DNA of 64,000 nt, from the IMG/VR virus record IMGVR_UViG_3300047319_001872, positions 248,001 through 312,000 of that record, one strand, 5' to 3'. The translations under genes were made by a program, and so were the position numbers. Under the pieces are notes generated by a model. The model was not told the origin of the DNA and did no database searches. It saw only the letters and a program-made list of their open reading frames with translations. This document shows, one piece after another, positions 26,332 through 35,697 of this stretch. Numbering within the stretch: position 1 is the stretch's first letter; the number at the start of each line of letters is the position of its first letter.

Positions 26332-28170
26332 TTAGTCTGATACACCACGATAAAACAACTCGTGCAGACAACCATTGGTGACTTCAGTCCCCGGCTCGTA
26401 GTAATTGACCCCTTTCTCGATACAGTACTGCTTGTCTTCTGGAGCAGGATCAACCGTTACGCGGTAAGCTGGCATCGTCCCACTGCCGCCGTCGAGCATG
26501 ACCAAGATCGAAAACGCCACGCGATCGCAGCGTTCTTTCACCGTCCCGCCATTAGGCGTAGTCGCCCAGTAGTGCGCCTTATCCCGGAACGCTTGTAAGA
26601 ACTCGTCCCGGACTTCGTCTTCTGTCCGCGCCCTGGGTTCGGGCTTCCTCTCCGACATAGACGGGAGCGTATTCAGATACGCACTGGCTTTGGTTTCTAT
26701 TTCAGCTACAGGCTTCTCCCAGATCACAAACGGATCGCTTTCGTCGTCATTGTGGGTAGCATCCGCCGCGGCATTGATCACCGCGTACAGATCGGCGGAA
26801 AGCGCCAAACTGCTCGGACGCGAGTCGGCTACCAGCGGCGAGGTGAGCGCGTCCGCATACGAGGCGAAGTGGCGTTTACCCTGGTAGCTCGATCCGAACA
26901 GCAGGTTGTACTGGATCGACGTATTGCCGAACACTTCCACGTTAAAGAAGAGGCTGCCACCTTCCAAGCCCATGCGCCGCAGATCCGGGAAGATCTCGCG
27001 GTCCATAACACCTTGCACGTGCTTGATGCGCTCCGCCGTATCCATGGTCCCTGCAAAGCCACGGGTATTGAGGAACGTGAAGGCGGTCGGATCTTCTTGA
27101 TCGTGATACGGAATGTCGACCTGGAACTGCGCCGTGGTGAACCCCATCGAGTGGAACAGCGCCGGGATGGTCTGACCCAGATAGACGAGCGCTTGATTCG
27201 CGCGCTCGCTCACTGGGCTGTCTTCTTCGGGACCGGTGTATTCTTCGAAGGCCACGACACCCTTATCCACTACAGCAGGTAGCACCCGCTGCAGGTCTTC
27301 CATGGTGAAGCGACCCGCGAAAGGCCCGCCTTGCACCTGCGCGAGCGCGCGGAAGAACGAATTGAATGACAGCGCAGGCGGCTCCAGGTGAGTGCGCATC
27401 GTGTTGAAGACGAGATCGTTTTTCAACATCTCATCGGGCGCCACGTCCTCGCCCTGCTCCAGTACCTTGAAGTAACACTGCATCAATTCGGCCAGAAAGC
27501 GCGAAGGCAAGACGTGACGACGATGCACATAGCGCGGCAGGGTAGTAACCATCGTGCGTGTATCGACAACATCCTCCGACCCCGCAAAGTCGAAGGCGGA
27601 AAAGTGGGTGGCCACATCCGACGGGCTCACGCGTGTTTCGCGCTTCGTCAAGTCGCCCGAAGCAAGCACGGCGTCAAAGATCAGGTGCTCAGCCGCTTCC
27701 AGACGGCGATGAACGCGATCGCCGTCCACGGTCCTCGTGACCGACGCATGTTCCACCAGACACGAGTTCACGTAGAAGATCACGCCCGACCAATCGATCC
27801 GATCTGCGAGCTGCACCGGCATGCGATTGGTGTAACCGGCGATGTTGTAAATCGAGTTCACACCGATGGGCGAGACATGTTCCACGGCCAACACAAAGGA
27901 AAGCCGTTGTGCCTCCCAACCGCCATCGATGGGGCGCGCAGGCAACATCTTGCTGCCGTAGCTCAGCAGGCCATCCAGTTCACGGGCGACTGAGCGCGCG
28001 GTGATGCGCGTGCCATCGCGCTCGTCCATGAACTTTTTCACACGGGCGATGGATTCCGGCGTGGCTTCACAGACGAGCTGAGGGCGTTGTTGCGCCTTCA
28101 CGCCGTTGACAGTGCGCAGGACGAAGGCACGCAGTGCGTAGGTGCCATACTGCGATTCTTTACCAAACAT
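26332..28170 (-). CDS. PicA/Imp1 paralog with an additional C-terminal domain
   Basis: Start at ATG 28170 (RBS AGGAG). Colinear motif matches to 37092..38621 over about 480 aa, followed by a roughly 100-aa extension. Confidence 0.7.
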   Translation of the reverse strand: MFGKESQYGTYALRAFVLRTVNGVKAQQRPQLVCEATPESIARVKKFMDERDGTRITARSVARELDGLLSYGSKMLPARPIDGGWEAQRLSFVLAVEHVSPIGVNSIYNIAGYTNRMPVQLADRIDWSGVIFYVNSCLVEHASVTRTVDGDRVHRRLEAAEHLIFDAVLASGDLTKRETRVSPSDVATHFSAFDFAGSEDVVDTRTMVTTLPRYVHRRHVLPSRFLAELMQCYFKVLEQGEDVAPDEMLKNDLVFNTMRTHLEPPALSFNSFFRALAQVQGGPFAGRFTMEDLQRVLPAVVDKGVVAFEEYTGPEEDSPVSERANQALVYLGQTIPALFHSMGFTTAQFQVDIPYHDQEDPTAFTFLNTRGFAGTMDTAERIKHVQGVMDREIFPDLRRMGLEGGSLFFNVEVFGNTSIQYNLLFGSSYQGKRHFASYADALTSPLVADSRPSSLALSADLYAVINAAADATHNDDESDPFVIWEKPVAEIETKASAYLNTLPSMSERKPEPRARTEDEVRDEFLQAFRDKAHYWATTPNGGTVKERCDRVAFSILVMLDGGSGTMPAYRVTVDPAPEDKQYCIEKGVNYYEPGTEVTNGCLHELFYRGVSD

Positions 28171-28201
28171 TGTAATCTCCTGTTTTACTCTGGGGTGGGG
28201 G

Positions 28202-28732
28202 TTAGGATACAGCATTCAGAAGGCGCACCACTTCTTCGTAGATTTCGCGAAGCGTGCGGTATTCGTTGCCTTGCGTGAACTCCGAGACGTGATAGAACAC
28301 GCCGTCGTCGGCTTCCAGCTGCTGGGTGAGGATGCGCTCCATTTGGAAGATCCCGTTTTCCTGACCCAGTTCGTTGCACAGGTAGGCGAGCCAGACCAGA
28401 TCGCCCAAGGTGAACGCGTCCTTATTCCAGCGGCGCACGGTCGCCAGTTCGATTTGACGACCCGTCACCGTGCCCTTCCAGACACGGGTATTGGCCTCCA
28501 CGATGTCGATCGCCCGCTCAAACGGATTGAACGAACCACCCCGTTGCCGGAAATCCGACTCGACCACCATGCGGTAGAAGTCGTCGCACTCAAAGGCACT
28601 GTTGCTACGCACTCGTTCGATCTGATGGAGGATCTGGATCGGACCCTTGTGCTCGTTGTAGGTGTAGTCAAAGAAGCCATTGAGCAGCAGGCCGACGTTG
28701 TGGCCGATTTGGTCGAGGCGTTGCGGAATCAT
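28202..28732 (-). CDS. Hypothetical protein
   Basis: 176 aa, coupled to the upstream gene by an ATGA overlap. Confidence 0.7.
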   Translation of the reverse strand: MIPQRLDQIGHNVGLLLNGFFDYTYNEHKGPIQILHQIERVRSNSAFECDDFYRMVVESDFRQRGGSFNPFERAIDIVEANTRVWKGTVTGRQIELATVRRWNKDAFTLGDLVWLAYLCNELGQENGIFQMERILTQQLEADDGVFYHVSEFTQGNEYRTLREIYEEVVRLLNAVS

Positions 28733-29136
28733 TGTTTCTCCTTGGTTTCTTCTTCAAAGTCTTCGAAGCGCAGGCTCGCGGGCGCCTCCGGGTTATTGCC
28801 GTAGAGCATGTTGAACATGCCCCGCTCGTTGATCGTCAGAAAGCACACCGACGTCACCGGTTGTTCTTCGGTCTGCGGTTGAAACGCGACGCTCTCCCAC
28901 AGGTAACCGAACACCGGGGTGGAACTGCCTGCCACCTTGGCGTGACCCGGAATCAGCGTATTCGCCGAGCGCACGTCCTTGACCAGGTTATCGCCCCCCG
29001 CCATGATAACCACGGACTCGAGGAACATGCTCAGCTTCTTGCGCAGCGGATTGCTCGAGGCTTTGCGCTTGAGCAACTCGATGAAGATGTTCGGGTTCGC
29101 TTCCGCGATGCGTTTATGTTCCAGCAGATTCGCCAT
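28729..29136 (-). CDS. Hypothetical protein
   Basis: MANLLEHK... starting at ATG 29136 with RBS AAGGA. Confidence 0.65.
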   Translation of the reverse strand: MANLLEHKRIAEANPNIFIELLKRKASSNPLRKKLSMFLESVVIMAGGDNLVKDVRSANTLIPGHAKVAGSSTPVFGYLWESVAFQPQTEEQPVTSVCFLTINERGMFNMLYGNNPEAPASLRFEDFEEETKEKQ

Positions 29137-29211
29137 TTGCGTTCCTTGGTTTTTTAGGGGCATAGGGCCAGGAGTTTCCCCCTGGCCCCGTTCTTCCCTG
29201 ATTACCTGTAG

Positions 29212-30744
29212 TTATACCAGAATCCCGATGTTATCGCTGCGGTACGAGACGCACAGCGGCTCCATCAGGTTCTTCCGGTGATTGTGGTACTCGACGTGTT
29301 TCTCGATGTCCTGACAGTTCGTCGTGATGAACACAGGGGTACGCCCGTCCGGCAGCTTACGAAGCCGCCCTAGGCCCTGTACGTTCGACTGTGAGGACTT
29401 TACCGCGGTGGTGAGCAGCGTATGCGTCAGTCCTGGGATGTCCACCGCTGTACCCGCCGACATGAGCGTGGTGACCCGGATGTCCGGATTCATCAGCATC
29501 TCGTACGGGTCCTCTTCCACGTAGCGCCCCACTTCCAGTGTCGGGTATTCCCGCGCCAGCCATTTGGTGAACACCGTACACATGTTGATCGAGGCCATGA
29601 AGACGATGAGCTTGTCCCCCGGCTTACGATCCTTAATGTAGGTGGACCGAATGATGGTGTTGAGCAACTGGAAGTAGTTCGCGGTGGTCTGCTCGTTCTT
29701 CAGAATAAACTGCTCGAAGACGTTGTGCGAATAACGCTTACTGCCGTAGTCCGAACACCGAATCTTCTCCGGCTGCTTGAAACTAAAGAACACCGCCCGC
29801 CACGCGATGTACTTGTCGTACTCGGGTCCCTTATGGCGCTGATGACCCGGATAGGCAATCTCGTACATCTGGTTCTTGAAGTCGTCATCCGAAATCAAGG
29901 TCGCCGAGAGGGAGACGGAGTTCTCCACGTGGGTGTAGCAATCCATCTTGAAGTTGCGATGGAAGTCCTGGTGGACCTCATCGATAATCCGAGTCCCGAC
30001 CTTCAGGTGCTCGTAAAACTGATGCGGCAGACAGGCGTAACCAGTCTCCAGCACTTCAGCCGCGACTTCCTCATACAGCTTGAGCCAGTTGGCGAACGTG
30101 ACGTTACTCACGATGATCCAGTAGTAGCTCGGCGTGGTTTCCTGCGCGGCCAGTTCCAGCAACGCCATCAGTTCCGCTGAGCCTTGCGCGACAATCACGT
30201 CACTCACTTCCAGATCGAAGGTCTTGCGCAAGTCGATGAGCCACTTCTCAATGTACATCGGCTTGATCATCAGTAAGCCAATCCGGCGACGCTTGTACTG
30301 CGCGTACATCGCCGTGACGGACTTACCCTTACCCGTTTGAAACTCCACCAGCTTGTTCACGATGCCCGGTGTGTTGATATACTCGATCGCCTCTTCCTGG
30401 TAATCACGCGGGGTGATTCCCTCTTTGATCGGCATGTCGACTTCGGGCAACTGGATAAAGGGTGCGACCGTCCACTCTACCAACTCATTGCGAAGGTAGT
30501 GGAAGTCCAGATGCTCCCTGAACTGCTTCAACAAGTTAATGTGGAACCGGTACTCCTCGCGATCCTTGGTGGCTGCCGCGTAGACCCGGTCAGCGACCTT
30601 GTGCCAACGGTTGCTACGAGGGATCTTCTCCAGTTTGTATTCGACATACCTCCCGGCGAACTTGTTCAGCGCCTCTCGGGCGCGCGTGGTCATCCGCGTG
30701 CACGCGAAATGGTGCGAAAAGATTTCGACATGAAGATCAGCCAT
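29212..30744 (-). CDS. SF2 (UvsW-like) helicase (phiKZ gp75 equivalent)
   Basis: PRDYQ Q-motif, FQTGKGKS, IIDEVH, SLSAT and QGLGRLR motifs. Confidence 0.9.
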   Translation of the reverse strand: MADLHVEIFSHHFACTRMTTRAREALNKFAGRYVEYKLEKIPRSNRWHKVADRVYAAATKDREEYRFHINLLKQFREHLDFHYLRNELVEWTVAPFIQLPEVDMPIKEGITPRDYQEEAIEYINTPGIVNKLVEFQTGKGKSVTAMYAQYKRRRIGLLMIKPMYIEKWLIDLRKTFDLEVSDVIVAQGSAELMALLELAAQETTPSYYWIIVSNVTFANWLKLYEEVAAEVLETGYACLPHQFYEHLKVGTRIIDEVHQDFHRNFKMDCYTHVENSVSLSATLISDDDFKNQMYEIAYPGHQRHKGPEYDKYIAWRAVFFSFKQPEKIRCSDYGSKRYSHNVFEQFILKNEQTTANYFQLLNTIIRSTYIKDRKPGDKLIVFMASINMCTVFTKWLAREYPTLEVGRYVEEDPYEMLMNPDIRVTTLMSAGTAVDIPGLTHTLLTTAVKSSQSNVQGLGRLRKLPDGRTPVFITTNCQDIEKHVEYHNHRKNLMEPLCVSYRSDNIGILV

Positions 30745-30828
30745 GCTAAAGCCTATGGTTGGTTTTGAATCTCGAACACAGACTGCCGTACTGCTGCCCC
30801 ACCCACCGAAGTGAGCGGGGCGTCTGGC

Positions 30829-32859
30829 TTAACCCATCCCGAGTACTTCGACGGGGCAAATCAATGCGTCCATCGGGTGATCCGGGCGGTTCTTCTTCGT
30901 GTAGCTTTCCGGCGAGATGAACACGTCGTAGTGACCTTCGTACGCCATCGTTGCCGAGAGCGAGCGTCGATCCATGGTCATGTCCATCACACCCAAGCCG
31001 CGATCCGTCCACGGCTTCGGCAGGCGATAGTCATCTTCTTCTGCGCTGATGATCATCGCCCCGTACAGCACGACTTCCAGCACCGCCAGATTGACAGTGA
31101 GTTTGTCGTTCACGAGGTTGTACAACTCGACCAAGAACGCGTCGGGTGACACGTCCTTATCCCGCGCTTCCATCTGCTTCTTACTCGACTCCAGCATCGA
31201 GGCGATGTCTTTCGAGTGATCGCTCATGTTGAAGTGAATCAGCGGCAGCGTCATCACAGGCTCATTCCAGTCCCAACCCGTCATGTCAATGACGTAGTCG
31301 TTATTGGCATTGAAGTCCCAGCGCACCTTGCGGATATGGCGCAGCATCGGATAGGTGAGCGAGGCGAGGCGCCGATCCTTGGAGGTATTGACACGCTCCG
31401 GATCGAACTCCACATTGCCCTCTTTCACCTGCACCGCGATTTCCCGCATCTCCGACACCTGTCGGATGTTCAGGTCATCGATGCTGTGGTTAGCCAACAC
31501 GTCGGTAATGTTCGGGGCGAACATCGCCGGAATGATCAGCTTCACCGTCTTGCCCTTGAGTCGATCGGCAAGCAGATACGACATGCCATCGGCACTGATC
31601 TTGAAGAACTTCTTCTCATCAGGCGTCAGGCTTGCCGGTTCTACAGCGGCCGAACTATCCAAGTGCTTAACCGACAGCACGGACTGCGAGGACTTCTGCG
31701 TCATCGAGGTGCAACACATGTGACCCAAGTTGGTCCGATCGTCCAGTACGGACAGGCTGAGTTCACCGAAACAGGTGGCACACACCCCATACGGATCAGG
31801 ATGCGCGCAGTGAATCACCGAGCGCAGCCGAATACTCTTGCCGATCAGATTCTCTTGGTCGTACTTGTCGCCACGAATCACCCGCAACCCGCCGGTCTTC
31901 TCGTCGACATAGAACTTGCCGAGGAGCAGAGGCAGGTCACCACCGAAGACTTCATCGCCTTCCTCGTTCACTTCCTTACCCCGCACTTGCCAGCGCAGGG
32001 TTTCGGTCGTGCCACAGTCGCAATTCTGGTGCAAGTTGCGCACCGTCTGACACATCAGCTGCAAGCGGCGGGAGAAATACTCCGCTTCCTGCAACGGCGA
32101 CTTCGAGAACTGCAATGCCTTCGCTGCCGAGCGCGACTCAATCACCGAGTCGTACAGACTGCGAATCCCTTCGACGTAGCCAGGGATGATCGGATAGCGG
32201 AACTGGTCCGAGTCGATGTCGGTCAGATAACCGCGCGGCCCGATCGACTGCTGCACCTGGTTGGCATTCACGAGCTTGGAGCGCAGCGCCAGCGACACTG
32301 CGTTCAGCGGCAAGTCCTGGCCATTGCCGAGCACATCATCGATCACGCCATAGGCTTCCTTGATCATGCGACCGCCTTCGTCCGGGGTCTTGTTGACCGC
32401 GTCCTTGACCTTTTCCTTCATCGCGATGATCTTCGGATGATCGAGCACTTCCATCCAGTCCAAGATGTCCATCGAGCCCACATCGGCTTCGCACCGATAG
32501 CTCATCTCGTTGTAGATGATGTTGTTCAGCTGATAAATACGCTGCGCCAACACATCGCGCCCGACCGCATCGCCGTAGATCTCGTAGACCGACCACATGC
32601 AATTGCCCAACAGATCGAGTGGCGTACTCGCGCTGTACCGCTTCTTGCCCAACACGCCGTCGATATGGTGGTGTTTGAGCAGCGGGGTTTTGCCCCACTG
32701 CCGATGGAACTCCCACGCATACGACGAGATCACTGTCTTGCGCCAGTTGGTTTCCAACTCCTGGTTGTCGTCGAAGATCAGAATGAACCGCCCCGTGAGG
32801 GTGTCCCACAGGTCATCGGTGGTCATCGCGAGCAACTTCCTGGCCCGGATCTTAATCAT
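30829..32859 (-). CDS. Non-virion RNA polymerase beta'-like subunit (phiKZ gp74 equivalent)
   Basis: ESRSAAKAL, EYFSRRLQL, NCDCGT, RSVIHC and GVCATCFG beta' motifs. Confidence 0.85.
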   Translation of the reverse strand: MIKIRARKLLAMTTDDLWDTLTGRFILIFDDNQELETNWRKTVISSYAWEFHRQWGKTPLLKHHHIDGVLGKKRYSASTPLDLLGNCMWSVYEIYGDAVGRDVLAQRIYQLNNIIYNEMSYRCEADVGSMDILDWMEVLDHPKIIAMKEKVKDAVNKTPDEGGRMIKEAYGVIDDVLGNGQDLPLNAVSLALRSKLVNANQVQQSIGPRGYLTDIDSDQFRYPIIPGYVEGIRSLYDSVIESRSAAKALQFSKSPLQEAEYFSRRLQLMCQTVRNLHQNCDCGTTETLRWQVRGKEVNEEGDEVFGGDLPLLLGKFYVDEKTGGLRVIRGDKYDQENLIGKSIRLRSVIHCAHPDPYGVCATCFGELSLSVLDDRTNLGHMCCTSMTQKSSQSVLSVKHLDSSAAVEPASLTPDEKKFFKISADGMSYLLADRLKGKTVKLIIPAMFAPNITDVLANHSIDDLNIRQVSEMREIAVQVKEGNVEFDPERVNTSKDRRLASLTYPMLRHIRKVRWDFNANNDYVIDMTGWDWNEPVMTLPLIHFNMSDHSKDIASMLESSKKQMEARDKDVSPDAFLVELYNLVNDKLTVNLAVLEVVLYGAMIISAEEDDYRLPKPWTDRGLGVMDMTMDRRSLSATMAYEGHYDVFISPESYTKKNRPDHPMDALICPVEVLGMG

Positions 32860-32888
32860 TACATCCTCCTTGTTTCATGATCCGTTAA

Positions 32889-35114
32889 TTAAGCGGCCAG
32901 TTTCTGGCGCGGCGTGTAACCTTGTTCGGCCTGCTCGTACACGAACTTCCAGCCGCCGCATTGCGCGACGTGCCGTACGAGTTGGAGCGGCTTGGAACCG
33001 CCCAGTGGCACGATGCTACGATCGACCACCTTCTCGATCCCGGTAGGTTTGTCGGCCCGCAGGATTTGCTCGAGGATATGCTTGTGCGTGAACGGATTGT
33101 TGTTGCGATCCAGAATGTCGGCCGTAATGCGTGCGCCTGCATACGACACGGCAATCCGAACTTCCGCCTCACCCCAGGCCCGAATCGCCTGCGTACGCGT
33201 GGGCGCTGCGTACTTGTCGGCATTGGTAACCTGAGAAAGCACCCCAAAGTGCTGCAGCTTACCCGAGGACACCGCCGTCCAGTCATCAGCGATCTTTTCC
33301 AGGATGATGATGTAGACCGAAGCAATCCGCACTGGCTTCTTGGTCACCACCTTCTTGCCTGAGTTGCCGGTATATGCTACCGGACCATACACAGGCGGAT
33401 ACTGCTCCTGGATCGCCCGCACCATCGGGATATACGCCGGGTCGTTTTCCGGTGGCATGAAGAGCTGCAAGCCATCTGCATTCTCAATCGTGCCGTCGTG
33501 GTGCTTGATGATGTGGATCACACTGGCTAAGTGCTCGACGCGTGGGCGCGTATACGAGCCCGTCATGAACCAGCTATGTTGCAACGGGCTCACGATGGCA
33601 TAATAGCCCATCAAGTACTCCCAGACTTCGTCGATCAGCTGGGGCTGTTCGATTTCCATCTGTGCCAGCTTCTTCGTGAGCATGTACTCCGGGTCGGTGC
33701 GATCCACCCCGAGCTTTGCCACGATGCGCTTCATCACGTCACGCGAAGCCGCATTGATGTAGGGCTCGTACAGACGACCGTAATTCATGCGGTTCACGGT
33801 GGACTCACCCGAGACGATGATGTCCGCGCGATTGCCATGTTCGTCGATCGGCATTTCATGCGGTTCGCAGATCTTGCAGATCACACCCTTGCCGCCGAAG
33901 CAGTCCGTCAGCTTAAAGCCGATGGTCGGGGTGATTTCATACTCGATCACGAATTCCACCCGCCAATCATCGAGCGGGGCCTGACGATAGAGCTTCTTGA
34001 TGGATTCGCTCGGGCTGGCGCTGTTCTTGCCGACCACACTGAGGGCTTCCACCACCAACCGATGAAACTCCGGCGACAGCCGCGGCTTGCCATCGGCATA
34101 CTTCGACTTCTGGGAGTTATACAGCTGGATGATTTCCTGATAGAACTCGCGCCGAGCGCGGTCATACCGGGAAGGCTGCGTGTCCATGCCTTCGGGCACA
34201 TTGGTGTTCTGGTTATTCGCATCGTGATGCACGCGAATGTCCACCACCTTGCCGCCAGTCGGCACATAAGTCGCCTTGTCGAACGTGAAGTCCGGACGCC
34301 GCAACGCCGCTGCCGACTGTTCCACCACGGCCAGACTTTCGTCGTAGCTGCGCAGCATCATCAGCAACCCATCTTCACGCACCATTTCGCCGATGTCCGG
34401 AAACGACTTGTACTTCTTATAGTCGCCATACAGGTTCAGCGGAAAGCGCTTGCTGCCCCACTCGACCACGCGGGTTTCATACGTCTTGAAGCTGAAACGA
34501 TCCAGCACGTCGCGCGAGATCACGATGCCGTCCTCAGCCACGCCCGGAATCGACATGTAGGCCACGTTACACTGCACGCCGTACTTGTAGTCACCATCCG
34601 CAGTCACAGACGGGGAATCCAAGAACACCTCACCTTCTTGGATTTCCGCGCCTTGCACCAGCTTACCGCGCGCCGGGCGACTCACAAACGGAAAACCGAA
34701 ATACTGATGCTGTGAACAAAAGCGCGGCATGTTGATCATGCCGATTTCGCTGCCGCCTTCGGTGGTTTTGAAAATCACCACTTGTTGCGGATTTTGCCAC
34801 TGGTCCTGAATGATCGAATCCGCCCCGTAGCTGGTCCGATACCGGTCGATCACTTTCAACACCTGGCCCGTCTTGGGCATTTTCACGTTCCAGGTATACT
34901 TGCCAAACTCACGTTCCATGCCGGTCTGACAGTAACGTGGCGTCGCTCCTTTCACCACCAGCGTCTGACCGATGTGGCTGGAGAACATCTGCTCCCGCGA
35001 AGCAGAGTTGGCCCCCTTCCACGGATTCAACCCACACACACCCAACAGCTGCCGCAGAAGCTGATTAGGTTCCGGAAGCGGTTCATAGACCTTCCGTGCT
35101 GAATGAACGTTCAT
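32889..35114 (-). CDS. Non-virion RNA polymerase beta-like subunit (phiKZ gp71-73 equivalent), uninterrupted
   Basis: SREQMFSSH, EDGIVISR, GFKLTDCFGGKGVI, RMNYGRLYE and RAWGEAEVR motifs. Start taken at ATG 35114. Confidence 0.9.
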   Translation of the reverse strand: MNVHSARKVYEPLPEPNQLLRQLLGVCGLNPWKGANSASREQMFSSHIGQTLVVKGATPRYCQTGMEREFGKYTWNVKMPKTGQVLKVIDRYRTSYGADSIIQDQWQNPQQVVIFKTTEGGSEIGMINMPRFCSQHQYFGFPFVSRPARGKLVQGAEIQEGEVFLDSPSVTADGDYKYGVQCNVAYMSIPGVAEDGIVISRDVLDRFSFKTYETRVVEWGSKRFPLNLYGDYKKYKSFPDIGEMVREDGLLMMLRSYDESLAVVEQSAAALRRPDFTFDKATYVPTGGKVVDIRVHHDANNQNTNVPEGMDTQPSRYDRARREFYQEIIQLYNSQKSKYADGKPRLSPEFHRLVVEALSVVGKNSASPSESIKKLYRQAPLDDWRVEFVIEYEITPTIGFKLTDCFGGKGVICKICEPHEMPIDEHGNRADIIVSGESTVNRMNYGRLYEPYINAASRDVMKRIVAKLGVDRTDPEYMLTKKLAQMEIEQPQLIDEVWEYLMGYYAIVSPLQHSWFMTGSYTRPRVEHLASVIHIIKHHDGTIENADGLQLFMPPENDPAYIPMVRAIQEQYPPVYGPVAYTGNSGKKVVTKKPVRIASVYIIILEKIADDWTAVSSGKLQHFGVLSQVTNADKYAAPTRTQAIRAWGEAEVRIAVSYAGARITADILDRNNNPFTHKHILEQILRADKPTGIEKVVDRSIVPLGGSKPLQLVRHVAQCGGWKFVYEQAEQGYTPRQKLAA

Positions 35115-35220
35115 CTCGTACCTTTCCTTGTTGTAACGACCTACGCTATTACCCCGTCTGACTTCCACTAATGCACTCTTGCAATGCATTCGCAGAAATC
35201 ATTTGAGGCTCTTCGTATTA

Positions 35221-35229
35221 GTAATATAT
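35221..35229 (-). promoter_or_regulatory. Early-promoter core only (TATATTAC)
   Basis: ATATATTAC about 105 nt upstream of the nvRNAP beta gene. The upstream GATTCAAA box is absent. Confidence 0.5.
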
Positions 35230-35255
35230 GTTTGACTTTATTTAGGTGGAATACG

Positions 35256-35594
35256 ATGGATATTAACAAGTATTCGATTGGGCTGGATAACCTGGACTAC
35301 TACAATCCCGGTTTTCGACGGGTCTTAGAAGACCACTTCTCCCTGTTGAAAACACTCGCCTCAACCAAGGCGGTGCCAATTGATGGGTATCTCGCCGTGC
35401 GTTACGAGTATGACTTCTATGGCCTGATGCAGCAGCAAAATGTGCCTCATCAGCTCCATTGGTTGGTGATGCGTTTATCGGGCTATACCTCGCCGGATCA
35501 AATGACGCAGGATTTGCAGTCGTACTACCTGCCGGACCCGAACTACGTGGAGTCGTTGCGCTCGGTGTGGAATGCCAAATCAGGCGTAAAGTGA
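35256..35594 (+). CDS. Small conserved chimallivirus protein
   Basis: MDINKYSIG... starting at ATG 35256 (RBS AGGTGG). RYEYDFYGLM...LHWLVMRLSG motif. Confidence 0.7.
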   Translation: MDINKYSIGLDNLDYYNPGFRRVLEDHFSLLKTLASTKAVPIDGYLAVRYEYDFYGLMQQQNVPHQLHWLVMRLSGYTSPDQMTQDLQSYYLPDPNYVESLRSVWNAKSGVK

Positions 35595-35624
35595 GGCAGA
35601 GTCGCTATAGATGACTCCCTGGAA

Positions 35625-35680
35625 TAAAAAAAGAAGATCGGTAAGCAGCAGAGGGCCGAAGCCCTCTGCTGTTATGCCGT
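35625..35680. terminator. Hairpin between convergent genes
   Basis: CAGCAGAGGGC-CGAA-GCCCTCTGCTG with an upstream A-tract and a downstream TATGCCG. Confidence 0.75.
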
Positions 35681-35697
35681 TAAGGGCAACGCCCTAG

